Shown here piece after piece: positions 25,101-38,685 of a stretch of 64,000 bases of DNA. Origin of the DNA: Phoronis australis (taxonomy: Eukaryota > Animalia > Phoronida). The stretch spans positions 102,681 through 166,680 of the forward strand of contig NMRA01000395.1 of assembly GCA_002633005.1 (NCBI GenBank), read 5' to 3'. The translations under genes and the position numbers were made by a program. The stretch's first letter is position 1, and each line of letters opens with the position of its first letter. A model generated the notes under the pieces. It was not told where the DNA came from, ran no database searches, and worked only from the letters and a program-made list of their open reading frames with translations.

Positions 25101-26236
25101 TATAGTGACTTAATAACGTTCGCCACTGGACTTAATGATTTCATTCATTCAGACGTTTCGGCTTCTTATGCCTGTAGATTAAGAAGGCATACTGTTTGCA
25201 CGACATGTTACATTCATCGTGACCAGAAAAAGTAGTGGCCTTGTGTTGTGACGCAATGTGTCACGTCAAGCTCACTTTTTGTGAAACGTTGATCACAGAT
25301 AGGACACTCAAAGAATCGACTTGGTTCCTGTAAAAAACTCTTGGTGCATACAACGCGTCAATCACAGGGCTGGTAAAGGTCGTGCTTGCTGTAGTCTCAC
25401 TTTGTTTTATTGCCATATGGTCATACTAACTATAAGTCGATTTCTTAGTTACTGAACGAAGCTCCACAACATACGCACACACTCTACTATGACATGTAAC
25501 AGTTGTACTATTCTTGAATTCGTGAACGCACCCTAAAAGACTCGTCGTGTAACTACAATTAAAACGAATTCAGTTATGTTTTTAGGCTAAATCTCACAGA
25601 CAAATAAATCATGGAAAAGGCGATGAAATATAATTAATAATCAACCCATCAACTAATTTAGGGTCCGTATTATTCTAAAATTATTGACATAATACCGTAA
25701 CTTGAACGACTATCCAGGCCAATGCAGAGAAAAAATGTGCGTTCACCATCGCCTTTTTGTGTTCAGAATCGCCATAGAGAATTAACGACTTCGTTCCCGA
25801 TTGCTGTCTCACACAAGGACCTGCTTGTATTGGTAAATATATCAAATTGTTTCCCAAATCATAACTAACAAATGTGTCACCAGGGACAATTAAACTATAA
25901 ACGCCACACGTCTCAAGTTAAAAACCCTGAAATTGCTAATAACAAATAGACATTGTCGATTTTACGAGGCGCAAGGCAGTTAACCGAAAACCATTGTTTT
26001 CTGAGCTCTTTATTTTAAAAAAATAAGCAAAAGCCAAGTATTAATTCAGACCCACAACAAAGGCTACACGCTGGCGCTTCTGTGTGTGTCGCATTCGTAC
26101 CAAAGTAGCCTTTATTAAGAAGAAAACAACACTTAAACTCACCGTTACGTCACTGTCGTCTGCCATTTTTGGTGCATGGTCTCGCTCTCGATCGCCTTGC
26201 GGGCGTTCGCGATCGCGGGTTGGCCGGGGTGAAGCC
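22134..26236. mobile_element. Harbinger-like element, decayed
   Basis: ~50-bp TIRs (CACCCCGGCCAACCCGCG.TCG.GAACGCCCG.AAGGCGATCGAGA) with TAA flanks. An inward-facing GGTGAGT donor lies just inside each TIR, suggesting two convergent spliced genes. Confidence 0.65.
22868..24043 (-). mobile_element. 5'-truncated non-LTR retrotransposon fragment (RNase H + C-terminal CCHC; LOA/R1/I-group-like)
   Basis: YTDGSK, TVFWGEIVAI, ILSDNQAAIKAL, AHVGIDSNEAADKLAK and GHC..CPNCGLEAETPHHLVEFCPAY. Multiple frameshifts. Confidence 0.9.
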
Positions 26237-27012
26237 TAACTTCAACGGAACTTTGTTATTTTAAATGTATTAGGCTAACTAGGTTCTCCTAGCAAGCCTC
26301 GGGATTTTGAAGAAATTTCAAAGAGGTTTTGCCCATGTCATAAACCTGATACCCGTGTAGGATTCTCTATGTACATGTATGAAAGAATAATCAATAAATA
26401 GATGGTTAGGCAATGCAGGCTTACGGTTTAAGATTCATGGGATTCGTTTGATCTGTTGAAAAGACTGGTTTGGAATCTGTTCACATTACTAAATGGATTA
26501 GTTGGGCGTGACATTTAGTACATGAAGATTTCAGTACTAGTGTGACCCACTGAACGTGGTCAAAATCGTTTAAAGGCACATACCGGTTTGATCACTTTCG
26601 AATGTATGGTGTTCCTGGCTGGTCAAATCAATCGATTACAATTCACGGAAGATGTGGATTGTCATCCTTAACAACTCATAAAGTTCACGAAGTAAATGTA
26701 AGTTCAGCGTCAACAAGTCATTACTTTTCACCCGTCAAAGTAGGACAGTTCCAAATCAAAGACTGGTGGCTCTTTACTAACCCTTTTGGTGGTAGAAACC
26801 AATTAACTAATCGCTAAAGTGGTTATCGCTCCGCTCACGCGATCACTTGGCGTCGTCTTAGACAAGAACAACGGCAATTGAATATTGGTCAGAGAAATGA
26901 CTTTACGATTCTGGGCGTTTTTTGCTCTATAGCTTCCATTGGGATCCAAAAACTGGCCAGTGGATCTTAACTCAATACTGATAAACAATACATTTTGTTA
27001 CCGCTAATTTCT

Positions 27013-27294
27013 TAGTAAAGATGTGGTGTTTCGAAGCCAGAAAGTGAAGATTTTCTTTTTAGAAAAGATGTGGTGTTTCGAAGCCAGGAAGTGTAGATTT
27101 GCTTTTTAGTAAAGATTTGGTGTTTCGAAGCCAGAAAGTGAAGATTTGCTTTTTAGAAAAGATGCGGTGTTCCGAAGCCAGGAAGTTTAGATTTGCCTTT
27201 TAGTAAAGATGTGGTGTTTCGAAGCCAGAAAGTGTAGATTTGCTTTTTAGTAAAGACGTGGTGTATCGAAGCCACAAAGTGTAGAGTTGCTTTT
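27013..27294. repeat. 47-bp minisatellite, 6 copies
   Basis: Unit TAGTAAAGATGTGGTGTTTCGAAGCCAGAAAGTG.AGATTTGCTTTT starting at 27013, 27060, 27107, 27154, 27201 and 27248. Confidence 0.95.
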
Positions 27295-28207
27295 GTCACG
27301 CAACAAATGCCGGACCCTGAGAAGTGACGGAAGTCTGTGAAAAAGTACACCACGCGCACTTAAAAGTTGATTTATAATAAAAACTTTCCTGTAACATGAT
27401 ATTTGACATCGACGAATTTTGTAAGGATTTGTTTTAGCTTTATACACTGAATTTTTGCGAAGAATCGCTCGCAGTTCTTTGAATTAGGCTTTCCAAAATG
27501 ACTAATTCTCAATGAACTCCTTGAAGTAGGTCACTGAAAACTTGGTTTCGCAGGAATCGGGTCAAATTTTAGCTTATCTATGGATTGCAACGAAAATGTA
27601 AAAGGGACATTTTCAATCCAAGAAATGTATCGGTGACGATAATTCGATTGACATCCGAGGGTTGCTTACACTGAAGTTGCCATTATGGAAAGTTTGACTT
27701 CGAAACACGTTTGTGTAAGTACATTGCTTGTCAAGTGAGAAGGTAGAAAAAAAAACCTTTAACATTTTAAACTAAAGCCATCTTCGTGAGCGTTAGTGAA
27801 CAATCGGGAATCGATCATTTTAGTTTGGTTTTAATTGTTTTTAAGATTCTGAAAGCACGATTAACCTGTCAAGAATTTCTTAATAAATACATTCGCGTAA
27901 AAATTAAGAAAAATTTTCAACTTCTAGGTGCAAGAGGAGAAGTAGTGAGCTCGCTTATTTTTGAGTAGATGTGCTGTAGTTCATTATTACCCAATTACAC
28001 AATTTAGAGAGAAATATCGTCTAGACACATTCAATATTGGCACTACTGACGCAATACATGACGAGACACTAAAGCTTTTTGTCGTTGCATCTTCCCGATC
28101 TATATACAGTGTACGTGAAAAGTTAACGCCGAGTTCCATCGGTGGTATTCCAGCACTGCACTCATTGATATGTCTCGTCTCGTATTCAGACTACCTTAGC
28201 ATTATAG

Positions 28208-28423
28208 GCTGAGGAACTTGTAGCAAAGTGTTCCATGGAAGCAGAAACCTCGGTGAAAACAGATATCCCGGACTCGATTACAGACTTCCGCTCCTTCCAA
28301 ACAACTAACCAGTCCAAAAAACACGAACCCCGGCCTTTAAAACAGGAGCTCCGGGGATCGGACAGAAAACCGGAGACCAAACACTCCCGCACTTTTTGTG
28401 AAATATTGTTTGGTGAAAAATAA
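28208..28423 (+). CDS. Possible orphan terminal exon (AEELVAKCSMEAET..FCEILFGEK*)
   Basis: Open frame following TAG|G, GC-richer than flanks, stop overlapping AATAAA. No upstream exon identified. Confidence 0.2.
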   Translation, partial: AEELVAKCSMEAETSVKTDIPDSITDFRSFQTTNQSKKHEPRPLKQELRGSDRKPETKHSRTFCEILFGEK

Positions 28424-31400
28424 ACCTCCCTTCTTTAAGTACTTTTTTGATATGTTGTTTTACTATAGGAGAATTTTAGACAAGTTGCATTGGCTTAATT
28501 CGGCGCCATGAAATATTGCGTCACCTGTTGGCCAGTTTCTTTTTTCTCCAATTCTTCAATCAACTGTTCTTCTTCCACAAGGTTGCGTGCATGTCACAAT
28601 AGATTATCGGAACTGGCTTGTTTTCGTTAGAAGCTTTGGTATTTTAATACCGGTAAACCGAATTTCAAAACACAAGTTGCAGCAGTGACCCGCCAAAAAT
28701 AGTGTGAATGCGTTAACTTCAGAAATTCAGATTCCCACTTCCTTTTAATGATTGATTAGGAGTTGAAGTACACTTTTTGAAGAACAGCAACACTGGTGAC
28801 GGTGCAGGTCTTTGGGTTGAATAATTCCCGCGGTACATTTCAAAATCTGGAAACTGAATGTATCTGAAGTAATGTAATCTCGATAAGTAAATCGACGAAC
28901 CCTGAAATGCGGCCAGTGTTAAAGATATTTGAAGGAGTTAATCAACGATGGCACTGGAAAGTCAACAAAGCTGTAGTTTCATCAAGAAATACAGTTTGAA
29001 AAAATTTTAGCTGAAAAAGTGTTTCAACGTTAAATGGAATATATTGTTAACGATTATACAACAGAAAGCAACTGATAAAACATGTGAAATTATGTACATT
29101 CACGATAACGCACTGTCTCCCGAAGTTTAGTAGAACGGGCCATTGGTAGCCGCTCGTGGAAGTATTTCCTTGACAACGTTAGCTCGCTCAAAATGCGCTA
29201 TTTCAGATCACGTACTTATGCCACATTCTGTTTTTAATCACGAGACTTGAGCCAAAGCAGACTCGAGTATGTCTTATGGTAAAGTCACTCAGCGACGTAC
29301 ACTGTAATAAGATTATGAAATATCTTAACAGCGTCAATATACCTTTATTGCCACAGGTCGTGGGTCGAAGGGGTCGTGGGTCGTGGGTCGAGAGGGTTGA
29401 TGGTCGAGAGTGTCGTGATTGGAGGGGGTCGACGGGGTTTTAGAACAATCCGATAACACCGTGATGACAGTATATATTATGTTGGAATTCGCCCACACAC
29501 AAGTTGCACGAGTTTTAATGATAAAAATCCGATATTAAAGTCAATGTAATATAAGTTACATATTATCACTGGCAAGTTTTAACAAACAAATACAGAAAAC
29601 TATTGGGAAAGACTTGAAGATGGGCTTAGAAACTTGAAAAACTGCAGGATCACCGAGGTTCTTATTCTTCGAACTGGTTAGCTATTTTGAAGGTGCGGAA
29701 ATCTGTTTTCGACTCCAGGATATCTGTTATTCACCGGGTTTCCCGTTTCGATAGAACATTCAGTGGAGGAATTAATCAGGCCATTTTAACCAAATTATTT
29801 TAAGGGCTTCTTTCATTTATAACCAACAAGTTAGAACACAGACTGACTTTTTCAGTCGAAAAATATCACTTAAGAACATTTTGTAACTTCCAAAGCTGTT
29901 TGTGATTGACTTATTTTACTGTAATTTGCTATTTTTTCAATAAAGTGGGCGTGGTTTCCGCGGAAACTTCATTGGCAGTGGCAGCTGTTGAGTGAGTATA
30001 CTACCCAAAATGCGTGAATCAGCTGTCACTCACTACGTCGCAGGTCATATTATTGGTGGTGGTGAACCACAAAAAATAAAACAGACATCAGCAGTACACC
30101 CAGTTAAGTTGTAAACTGTTTGAATTTGTGTCGAATGAGCATCACTGGGCGTAATTTTTAACTGAACTACATGGTAACTTGCGCTAAATTCCGTGTTATG
30201 AAGTTTTTACCGGACTGGTAATCTTTAAGCTGGAATCAAAAACGTAAGCGTGTTTCAGCATTTGGAATTGTCCCTTTTCTGATTTGTTGAGAGAAGAATT
30301 TCTACATTTGCTGCTCATTGGTTTTATTAGCGCAAAGATCCTTTTTGGATAAGGACTTTGATGTTTTGTTGATTTAAAAACATAGGTTAACCAAAGTCTT
30401 TGTTGATCAATGAGGAACCAGGTGTCATGTATGTTCACCAAACTGTAATGCTAATAGGAGCTGGTGTGCGAGACGACACATTTTCCCAATGATGACTCAG
30501 TCGCCTGGTTGCGAACTGAACGGAAGTGCCACCTCACGGCGTACACTAATAAGGAAAATTGGATTACACATATGTTACGGAGGGAATACTTTTGCGTCTG
30601 GAATATGTTGACACGACTATCAACCTTCAGTGCTTTTCTCTATAATTATGGGATTGTATTGCTAAATGTTCGGAAATTGAAACTTTGTTCCTTTACACTA
30701 AGGCCATTGGGAATTTCATTCATTATAAAATGATTACGCAATTTCAAAATCCCTAAGCACAAGAAATGATCTTGTGGGAGCAAGTCATTCGATCACAAAC
30801 GCTCCTGAACCTAACTCCTACTTCCCACAGCCGCTCCCGAAATTGCCATCAATTGTTGGAATGAATAATTGACGACATTGCTGGTAGAACTATCAACAGT
30901 CAATTGAATACAATCAATATCACTTCTACTGTATAGCGTATACATTGTTGCTAGGAGATTTATGTTGACTTTCTATACATGTACGTGTTTACTGTATAGA
31001 ACAACGTTTTCGTATAAAACGAATTCGGGGACTGCATTATTAAACTAAACATATGTTTGCAAATGACAGTTTTGGAAATTAAAACATGCACATTGAAAGT
31101 TAAAATGCCATCGTGGTCGTGAACAATGAACATACGATTGCAAAACAACCTATCTATATTTTGATTAAAATATTCAGCATGACACCGCTTCCAGGGAAAT
31201 TCACAGCATATCCTTTCAATGCACAATGCACAGACCCGACTGATCAACATTTAATGCGTTCTTCAGTGTCACATTGTCGGGAAGTGGGTTTGTCGTTCAT
31301 TCAAACTTGAGGTCCAAAAAATCGTTTAGCCTTCATAAATTTGACATTTTTCCAGTTTTCATCAGTATATTTGAATCCGTGTTTGATTACGGCAGTGATT

Positions 31401-33100
31401 GATCAATGAATTTGTTTTCTTATCCACAAAATAAAAGTTACATAACCGCCTCACCGCCATGTTGTTGTGTTCTTTTCACGTTGTAAAGCATATGCTGCAT
31501 TTCTGTTTAGACTTACGATTACACCGTTCACTTGAAGAAGATACTTGCATAAGAATACGCGATATTGCCAATTGATAAGCCTGTTAGTAGTCACGACATT
31601 CTTCAATTATTCGCCTTTCGACGTTTATTACATATACTGTTCAATCCCTTGCATTGATATTCACTTCCGACAAATTTCCGGACAAATTTCTAATGTTCTA
31701 TTCGCTTTTCTTTCCAGCTCTTGCCAATGTAACCATTTTATTTAGAGATTTAATGCATGAAATGTGGCACTTGTATTTTCATTGGCATCAAAAACACCAA
31801 CTGACGAATTTTCAGCTTTCATTGGCTAAACTGTGAGTAGTATTTAATGCATCAAAAACTAGCCTAGCCTTCTCTCGGTTCCTGGTAGCCATTGTATAGT
31901 AAGCGACTGAAACTGTCGCTACGTAAGGAGTCAGCTTGTGGACTTGTCCACCAAGGTTAATTGCCCATCCGTCGTATTGAATGACAGGGGATAGACTGAC
32001 CCTGTTCCAGTCTTTACAGCGTGGGGGAAGTGCATTTCCTCCTTTTTGCGGCATATCTGTGACCTGGACATGGATCTGAACCGGAATGCATAGGATCTAA
32101 GGATATTTTCACAGCTCTTTAAACTAGGCGTTAGGTCTTTACCAACAGTCCATAAGATCCGCCCACCAGCTGTGGCTTAGGTGTTTGGCGTATTTCTTCA
32201 CGACCGAATTCTCTGGTTTTCAGTTTTTTGCACTATTTAGACATTATAAAATTGTTAAGTTATATTATCGAGTAAACACTATTAAACTGGTTACAGAAAC
32301 GTAATGTGAAATTCTCTTTCATTGGTATTATACACAAATCGGCTTTTGTCAGATTTTAGAAGCAGGCATGCGTTCCGTCGTCGCAAGATTCTTGCGATAT
32401 ATCGAGATCAGTCAAATCTTCGCGAGATATCGCAATGCATTGCAAGGAAAGCACGTGATCACACTATAAGTCGTAGCTTTTCTCGTGCTTGCCTTGGGTC
32501 TAAGGAACAAAACCCACGACGGCGTATGCATGTATCACAGCAAACATGGTTTTGCGTCAGCTTAATAAAAATTATTTTGAAACAAGACGGTGAAATTTAT
32601 TTTACGAGGAAACACTGAAGTTCAAATGCATCATGGTCTCAGTATGTAATGTAATACTATCGTTAATAAACAGACATCTATATTGTCCGATTGGCAAAAA
32701 CGTAATATGCGTGCTTCTATAACGTAGCAGTGCACAGTGTGTGTACTGTTGTGCGAACGTAACGTGGTAACAAAAGCTGTCCGTGCAGACAATCAGGGAT
32801 GTACCTGCCCAATAAGCGTGGGACAAAACCACGTGGATTGTACCATCTAGTGGGATTCAAACGTATAAGCATGTAACCTACAAGGACGACGCGCGACCTT
32901 TAATACAAATCAGCCACACGTGCAAACAGACGGTAAAAGCACTGCATATACGAGAAATCACAGAGTAAAAATTTGTTTCTTCGTTTATCCGTCGTCTTTA
33001 TCTTTACGATAATCAGAGCCATTGTTTAAAATAAAATCTCGCATCTATAAATCACAGATAGGCTATTTAAGTCCGCAAAAAACATGCACACTCTTGAAAG

Positions 33101-33290
33101 TTATCCGAAGAAATCCTCTTTTACGTCTTTCTTTAATTCTTCAGGTGTCTCGTAACTCGGTACTTCCGGTGTTTCATCGATGACCCCTCCTTCGCCTGGC
33201 TGAATTTTGACTTTAACAAAATTGATTTCTTCCTGCTCTTCTCGCAGACACGGGCACATGAGACATTTCTTCGGGCAGCAGTTCCGGCAA
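33101..33290 (-). CDS. Shisa-like/STMC6 single-pass membrane protein, exon 4 (Cys-rich juxtamembrane and acidic tail)
   Basis: Acceptor TTTTAG, phase 2. (C)CRNCCPKKCLMCPCLREEQ..TPEVPSYETPE..DFFG*. Confidence 0.88.
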
Positions 33291-34742
33291 CTAAAATGTA
33301 TCAAGTAGAAACAAAAATAGGTAACAGTGTGTGCAGTACAACACATTGAGTATATTCATATTCGGAAGACCCATCGGGTAAACACTGACTCGAAGGTCGA
33401 AAAGCTCAGAAACCTCTACAGTTCAAATAGAAGATTTTCAAGGTGCAATATTGCAACCGATTACTTGGGACAGTTTACCAGTGTCCTCTTCGGAGTGGGG
33501 ATGACAAACATGCGAATAGCGCTACCTCTCGGTGTGCATGGTGGTGCTAGCGGCTATGTATCTCATTAAATCCGTAAAAAGTAAGTCCTTTTTGTTCGTA
33601 GTCGCTACCCAAGATTTCTTGCCAGGTGTTCACGGTGTTCTAGGTGTGCGTCCCATAGAGGTGAGGATCTCAAGACAACGCACACGGTCACACCTCCTTT
33701 CTTAGCGAGATTTTCAAGTTTACGGAACTCTACCCAGATACACAGTGAGAACAGGAAACTCGGGGACGCCAGGCAGGTGGAAAATTTTGTTCAGCAAATT
33801 GTTAGCCATTCGCAAACAATGCAAGATCAAAATCAAAAAAATATTTACTCAAGTCTTGTTTGGTATAAATTGTCTTCATCATGGTTTTAACAAACGAGGA
33901 GCGTGAATTGTTTCTTCTCCAGATAAGCCTATCGTCAATTTTGAGAAATGTTGCGTCATAGTATTGCGCTAGATCATGTCCCACTGTTGTGTTCTCCATT
34001 TCTATTCTTGATGACATGGAATAATCAGACTTAACCACTGGATGCTTTATACATGTAGTATTATGAAACCTAATCACTGTGCATCGTGCTCCAGAACTAA
34101 CGTCTTTGGTGGAAAGGTTTAGCAAAAAATGTTGTGTGACTATTTTGTTGAGAACGTGTGTAGCTACACAGCGATTTCGAATGTTTACGGTAGACTGTGT
34201 GCTCCCAAGGTGGGCAATTTTTAGCGCTTTTAGGCTCCCGTCTGGCAAAGCAAACGCACAATCCTATAGAGATGATTAACCAGATACCTAACGACCACGG
34301 AAGCTATCCTCGACCTGTTTAACACACACCTCTCATACACTATTCATGTAATAAATGGAGAGCAGCTTCTTGCTTTCAAGCTGTATTGCGATGTGCCGGA
34401 AGTCAGGTTGGGAACCTCGCCACTACATCGCTACCTAACAAATGATTGGCTGCTTACCCATCTTCGGTTGTGATTATTCATTGGCTTATATTTGACCCTT
34501 GGATGATTCTTATCGAAGGTCATGTATATGCATCACTGAGCAAACTATGTGGCGACGTCACTGAGAATCTCAAAGACTTTCGGTAGATAATCTTACAGCT
34601 GCAAAGCGAGAAGCTAAACTACATTTATCACATACCTATGTGCATTTGAGCAATATGCTAAAAAGATCGAGATAAGCTCACATGGAAATCACCAGCATTA
34701 GAGCGACTAGTAGTCATCGATGAATATACGAGGTGTATTTAC

Positions 34743-34868
34743 CAAGCTTTCCACTTTTTCAGGAACGGGAAGGTCTGTACATCGCACCAGTTCCAAATGA
34801 AAACTACCGTCATAAGGAAAACAGTGCCACAAGCCATACCAATGCCAATTTGCGCCATGCGTCCAAGT
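34743..34868 (-). CDS. Shisa-like/STMC6 protein, exon 3 (transmembrane helix)
   Basis: TTTCAG acceptor, GTAAAT donor, phase 2-2. LGRMAQIGIGMACGTVFLMTVVFIWNWCDVQTFPFLKKWKA. Confidence 0.88.
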
Positions 34869-35939
34869 CTGAAACAAGCATTATTATTAGCATGTCATTG
34901 AGGACCATCGCTAGAACGGAAAAACTTGGTCTATCGTGAAATGGCAGCACACGGGTGGATCTATGATGTCCCAAGGGGCAATCATAGTATTTCAAGGAAA
35001 CCGTTAATCAACCTCGAAAACATCATAGCGGCGTTATTTTGTCTGTAGGTTAACCACAATCCTTGTCCCCCTACATCATGAGTTTGGTCACTTGTATCAA
35101 GTAAAACTCTAAATACATTCTCAAATGAAGTAGTCATAATGATATAAAGGTAGGTCACATTGATCTATCTTTCATTTCTATATCATATATAAATGCTTTA
35201 TTTGTTTATTTATTGAGTACATTTTTCTAAACGCTTCGTCAATGACTGATTTCCTGCATGATCTTCAATAAAATTGCGCGTTTACAAACTGTACAATTCA
35301 ATCATTAACCGATACAATGAACATCTATAAGCAGAGCGTGCAGGAAAATTAGCTAACTACATCAAGACATCCCGTATAGACCGTCGATATATTATCGTTA
35401 ATATATTCATAAATATATACACTCTACTGTGTGCAGTGCAATTCCACAGATTTGCACCCCAGTAAGCAAAAGCCCTTTAGCTTATGTACATGTGTAGAGA
35501 GCGGACATATTCGGGAGTATTAAAAAGGCAGGAAAGATTGGCGAGGCACATTCAAATTTGACTTCGTCAAATTTTGCCGCCACCCTGCCGTCAACATTTA
35601 GCAAACTCATACTTCAAAATTCCAAGAATCTTTGTTTGCAATTGATTCTCTGCGTTTCGAGGATAAACCGTTATGTTAAAATGTATGTGTCTTCAAACAT
35701 TCTTTATACACACGTCTGTTTGTGACCTATTTACCTCTAAAAGGTAACCATACTAATGAGAGGGTGTATCATTTGAAAACCAGGAGAAGAGACGACCCCC
35801 TTGGAAATTGGGTCATATGACCGGATGTCAAAAAAGCACGCAAACATCGTCCATGGATGCCAGATTTATTTTTATTGCTGTAGCGAATTGTTTTGCGATT
35901 GTTAAAAATCCTCTGGTCTTGCTTTAATGTTCAACTTAC

Positions 35940-36120
35940 GCTCCTTCAGGCACGCAACATCCGACCTTCTTGTCCCGCAAACAGCAGTCTGTCGTACCAG
36001 CCTCTTTTTTCTCATCGCCTTGGCAGTCATAGTAGTTGTCTTCTGCCGTGTCCGGAAGTGACGTGTTCACGATACAGTCCTTGTCGTAAGTAGGGTCAGT
36101 TGGATGGGGAACTTCCACGG
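35940..36120 (-). CDS. Shisa-like/STMC6 protein, exon 2 (six-cysteine ectodomain)
   Basis: TTTCAG acceptor, GTAAGT donor, phase 1-2. ..KDCIVNTS..YDCQG..TDCCLRDKKVGCCVPEG = C-C-CC-CC pattern. Confidence 0.88.
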
Positions 36121-38033
36121 CTGAAACAGTATGAAGGATTAAGTGTATGCATTCAAAACTGCGGCTGCCAGCGAAACGTGTTATTCATATCGAATTTCAA
36201 TACTAAAATTTCAGAGATTCAGTTGAAATCATTTCACGAGTGACGACGGCCGAATGCATGCAGCGGTCCCAGTAGAGCCTCTTCTGAATTCTCGCTCTCC
36301 GGCAGCGTTTCGGCGGGGCCCTTCTATATTAATATGGAGTGCCCCGCTTTTCACGCCCGAAAGTCAATTTTTGTTGATGTCATTTTAATAAGAATAAGTC
36401 ATTTTGAATAATATGCTGTTTTCAGCACATTTGTAGAATTTTTCCCCACTAATGTTATACTTTCCGGCACTAAATCTTCACATAAGCTCGAGTTATTAAC
36501 CCAGGATTATCACTGAAGTCTCTGGATCGAATCTAACCGTCAAGCAAATTTAGACAAGAGCTTTTTTCTGGGCTAACACACTTTTTTCGACTGTGACAGG
36601 GCTCCGTTAAACGAAATGTGACATATAAGGCCTAAGCACTAGTGAACAAAATTTTGACAATGCTGTTCGTAGCAAATCGTGCACTTAACTAATAATTTAT
36701 ACAGCATTGTAAGTGCGGCAAGTGCAGACTGTATTTCATGGTCTTTTGCCGTCAACACGTAGAAACGGAATTAAATCCGTGCTTTCTGTTAAAACAAATT
36801 TTGAATTAGGCCATTTGCCGTAATTGACCTTCAGTTGACATTACATGTACAATGACTCCGTTTAGAAGGGAAAATGGGCCCTTCGGTATTTTAAGTCAAA
36901 GCTCAAAACCTTTCAGGTAACGCATCCTGATTTTCTTAGTTTAAAATGAGAAATAAAAAAAACGTCATTTCTTTCCAAGCCCGCCAGCAAGCATCACTTA
37001 TTGTTACTAAAGAGCAAATTGGGACCAAATTCATAATGACTACAGGTCTAAATCAAAACTCGCACGGAGTTTAATACCGTTTTAAGGTACATGTATTGAT
37101 GACTTGATGAGTTGTTCGTTCGAACTAGCAACCGAGAGGCACTGACTATTGACAACTATCTACATGTTCAGGAGTTTACGAAAACAAGTCGACGCACCAC
37201 ATCACATGGGAAGTCTCCAAAGGTGTTGCTTCTCGTATTTAGTAACGGAAGTGAAAACGTAAGCTGTTTAGTCAAGGATAAAGGAGACATCAGTTCTGAT
37301 TTTAAGTTCGGAAGTTCCGCCAGAAAGAAACAGAGCGACAATAAATCTGTTTAATGTCTAAACATGTTTTAAAGTTGTATGCAGCGTGGCGTTAACTACA
37401 TGTATGTCTACTCGCATCACCGTTTTCCTTGTGACTTTAATGCTAGCGTTAACACTCAAAACCTGTCTCCATTCATCATTCGTAACATCTACATTGTCTT
37501 TATACTTATCTGTTTATCAGTGTATGCGATATCAGTAATAGAAATTACCACAAGATTGAGTGTCGCTAAGTAACGTAGTTCCATTAAAGTGACATGATCG
37601 GCGAGAAAAGAGGATATCCGAAAACAGCCCCAGCGGGGAATGAATCCGGTAACCTTTCTGGGTTCACATCTTAACTCTGTGTTGACTAACTAAATCATGT
37701 TCTAGACATGGCAAGGAACTTTAAGCGTGTTTAATCCGTTTATAACGTCACAGGCCAGCGTGATTTCAGCGAATGTCGGACAAATATCAACGATAACTGA
37801 CTGTTAGTAATAAAATGAAAAAAATACATTGGCGTGTTCTGCTGAATGGTTCTGGTCAAAACTAATATCTTTAAAAAGTATCCCATCCAAAAATAACTGT
37901 AAATCGCGTTTTCCCGCCTTAAAATAATGCGATAGTATCCCTTCAAATGGGCGAAAGAAATCCAGTCGTTCAAACCAATGTGTCTGCAATACATTGTCTA
38001 AACGCTGTACATTTCAGTACCAGTTTGGATTAC

Positions 38034-38112
38034 CTGTAACTGTGACATTGAACAACACAAACGCCGCTATGGCCGCCAACAAACAGCCCCGAAATGCGAG
38101 GTTATTCTCCAT
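38034..38112 (-). CDS. Shisa-like/STMC6 protein, exon 1 (signal peptide)
   Basis: MENNLAFRGCLLAAIAAFVLFNVTVT, then G|GTAATC donor, phase 1. The four exons total 576 nt = 191 aa + stop. Confidence 0.85.
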
Positions 38113-38469
38113 TCTGTCTCGGTCACTTCTCTATGGGTCTCTGTGAATCCAGTGAAATATTTCCTATGAATTACCAAGCCGAAACAACAATAGCTTCGTG
38201 TGACGTTATTACTTCGAGTGAAATGAATACCATTAATTTTTAATTAGGCTAACAGGTACAGCGGTTTGTATTGTTCTACGGCAAAACGTGAGAGCCTTAT
38301 TATTTATAGCGAAACGATTAATCGATGATATGGTAATAGTTGATCAATATCCCCACCAAACCATATTTTTTTAATTTGCACAGGTCAAAAATCGAGTAGG
38401 AGATTCGCAGTTTTAGCAACGACGGAAAACGTGACGTTACCGAAATCATTTGTATTATGAAAATGGCTG

Positions 38470-38685
38470 CGCTTGTGCTCATTGTTGTGATGGTGTTATT
38501 GACGACGACCATTATGGTGATGGTGATGAAGACGATGTGAATGACGATGATGATGGTGATGGTGACAATGATGGTGGTGATGATTATGTGGATGACGATG
38601 ATGGTTGTAGTAGTGGTCATAGTGGTGGCTATGATGATGTAATTTTGATGCTACTAAAGTACTAAAGATGATGATGACGATGATA
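38470..38685. repeat. Degenerate (GAT/GGT)n microsatellite
   Basis: Runs of GATGATGGT visible directly. Confidence 0.9.

Noticed and set aside
27013-27294. CRISPR-like array
   Set aside because: Units are contiguous 47-bp repeats with no unique spacers, no cas genes, and a eukaryotic context.
38318-38665. Hydrophobic and Asp/Gly-rich ORFs
   Set aside because: Translations of a GAT/GGT microsatellite.
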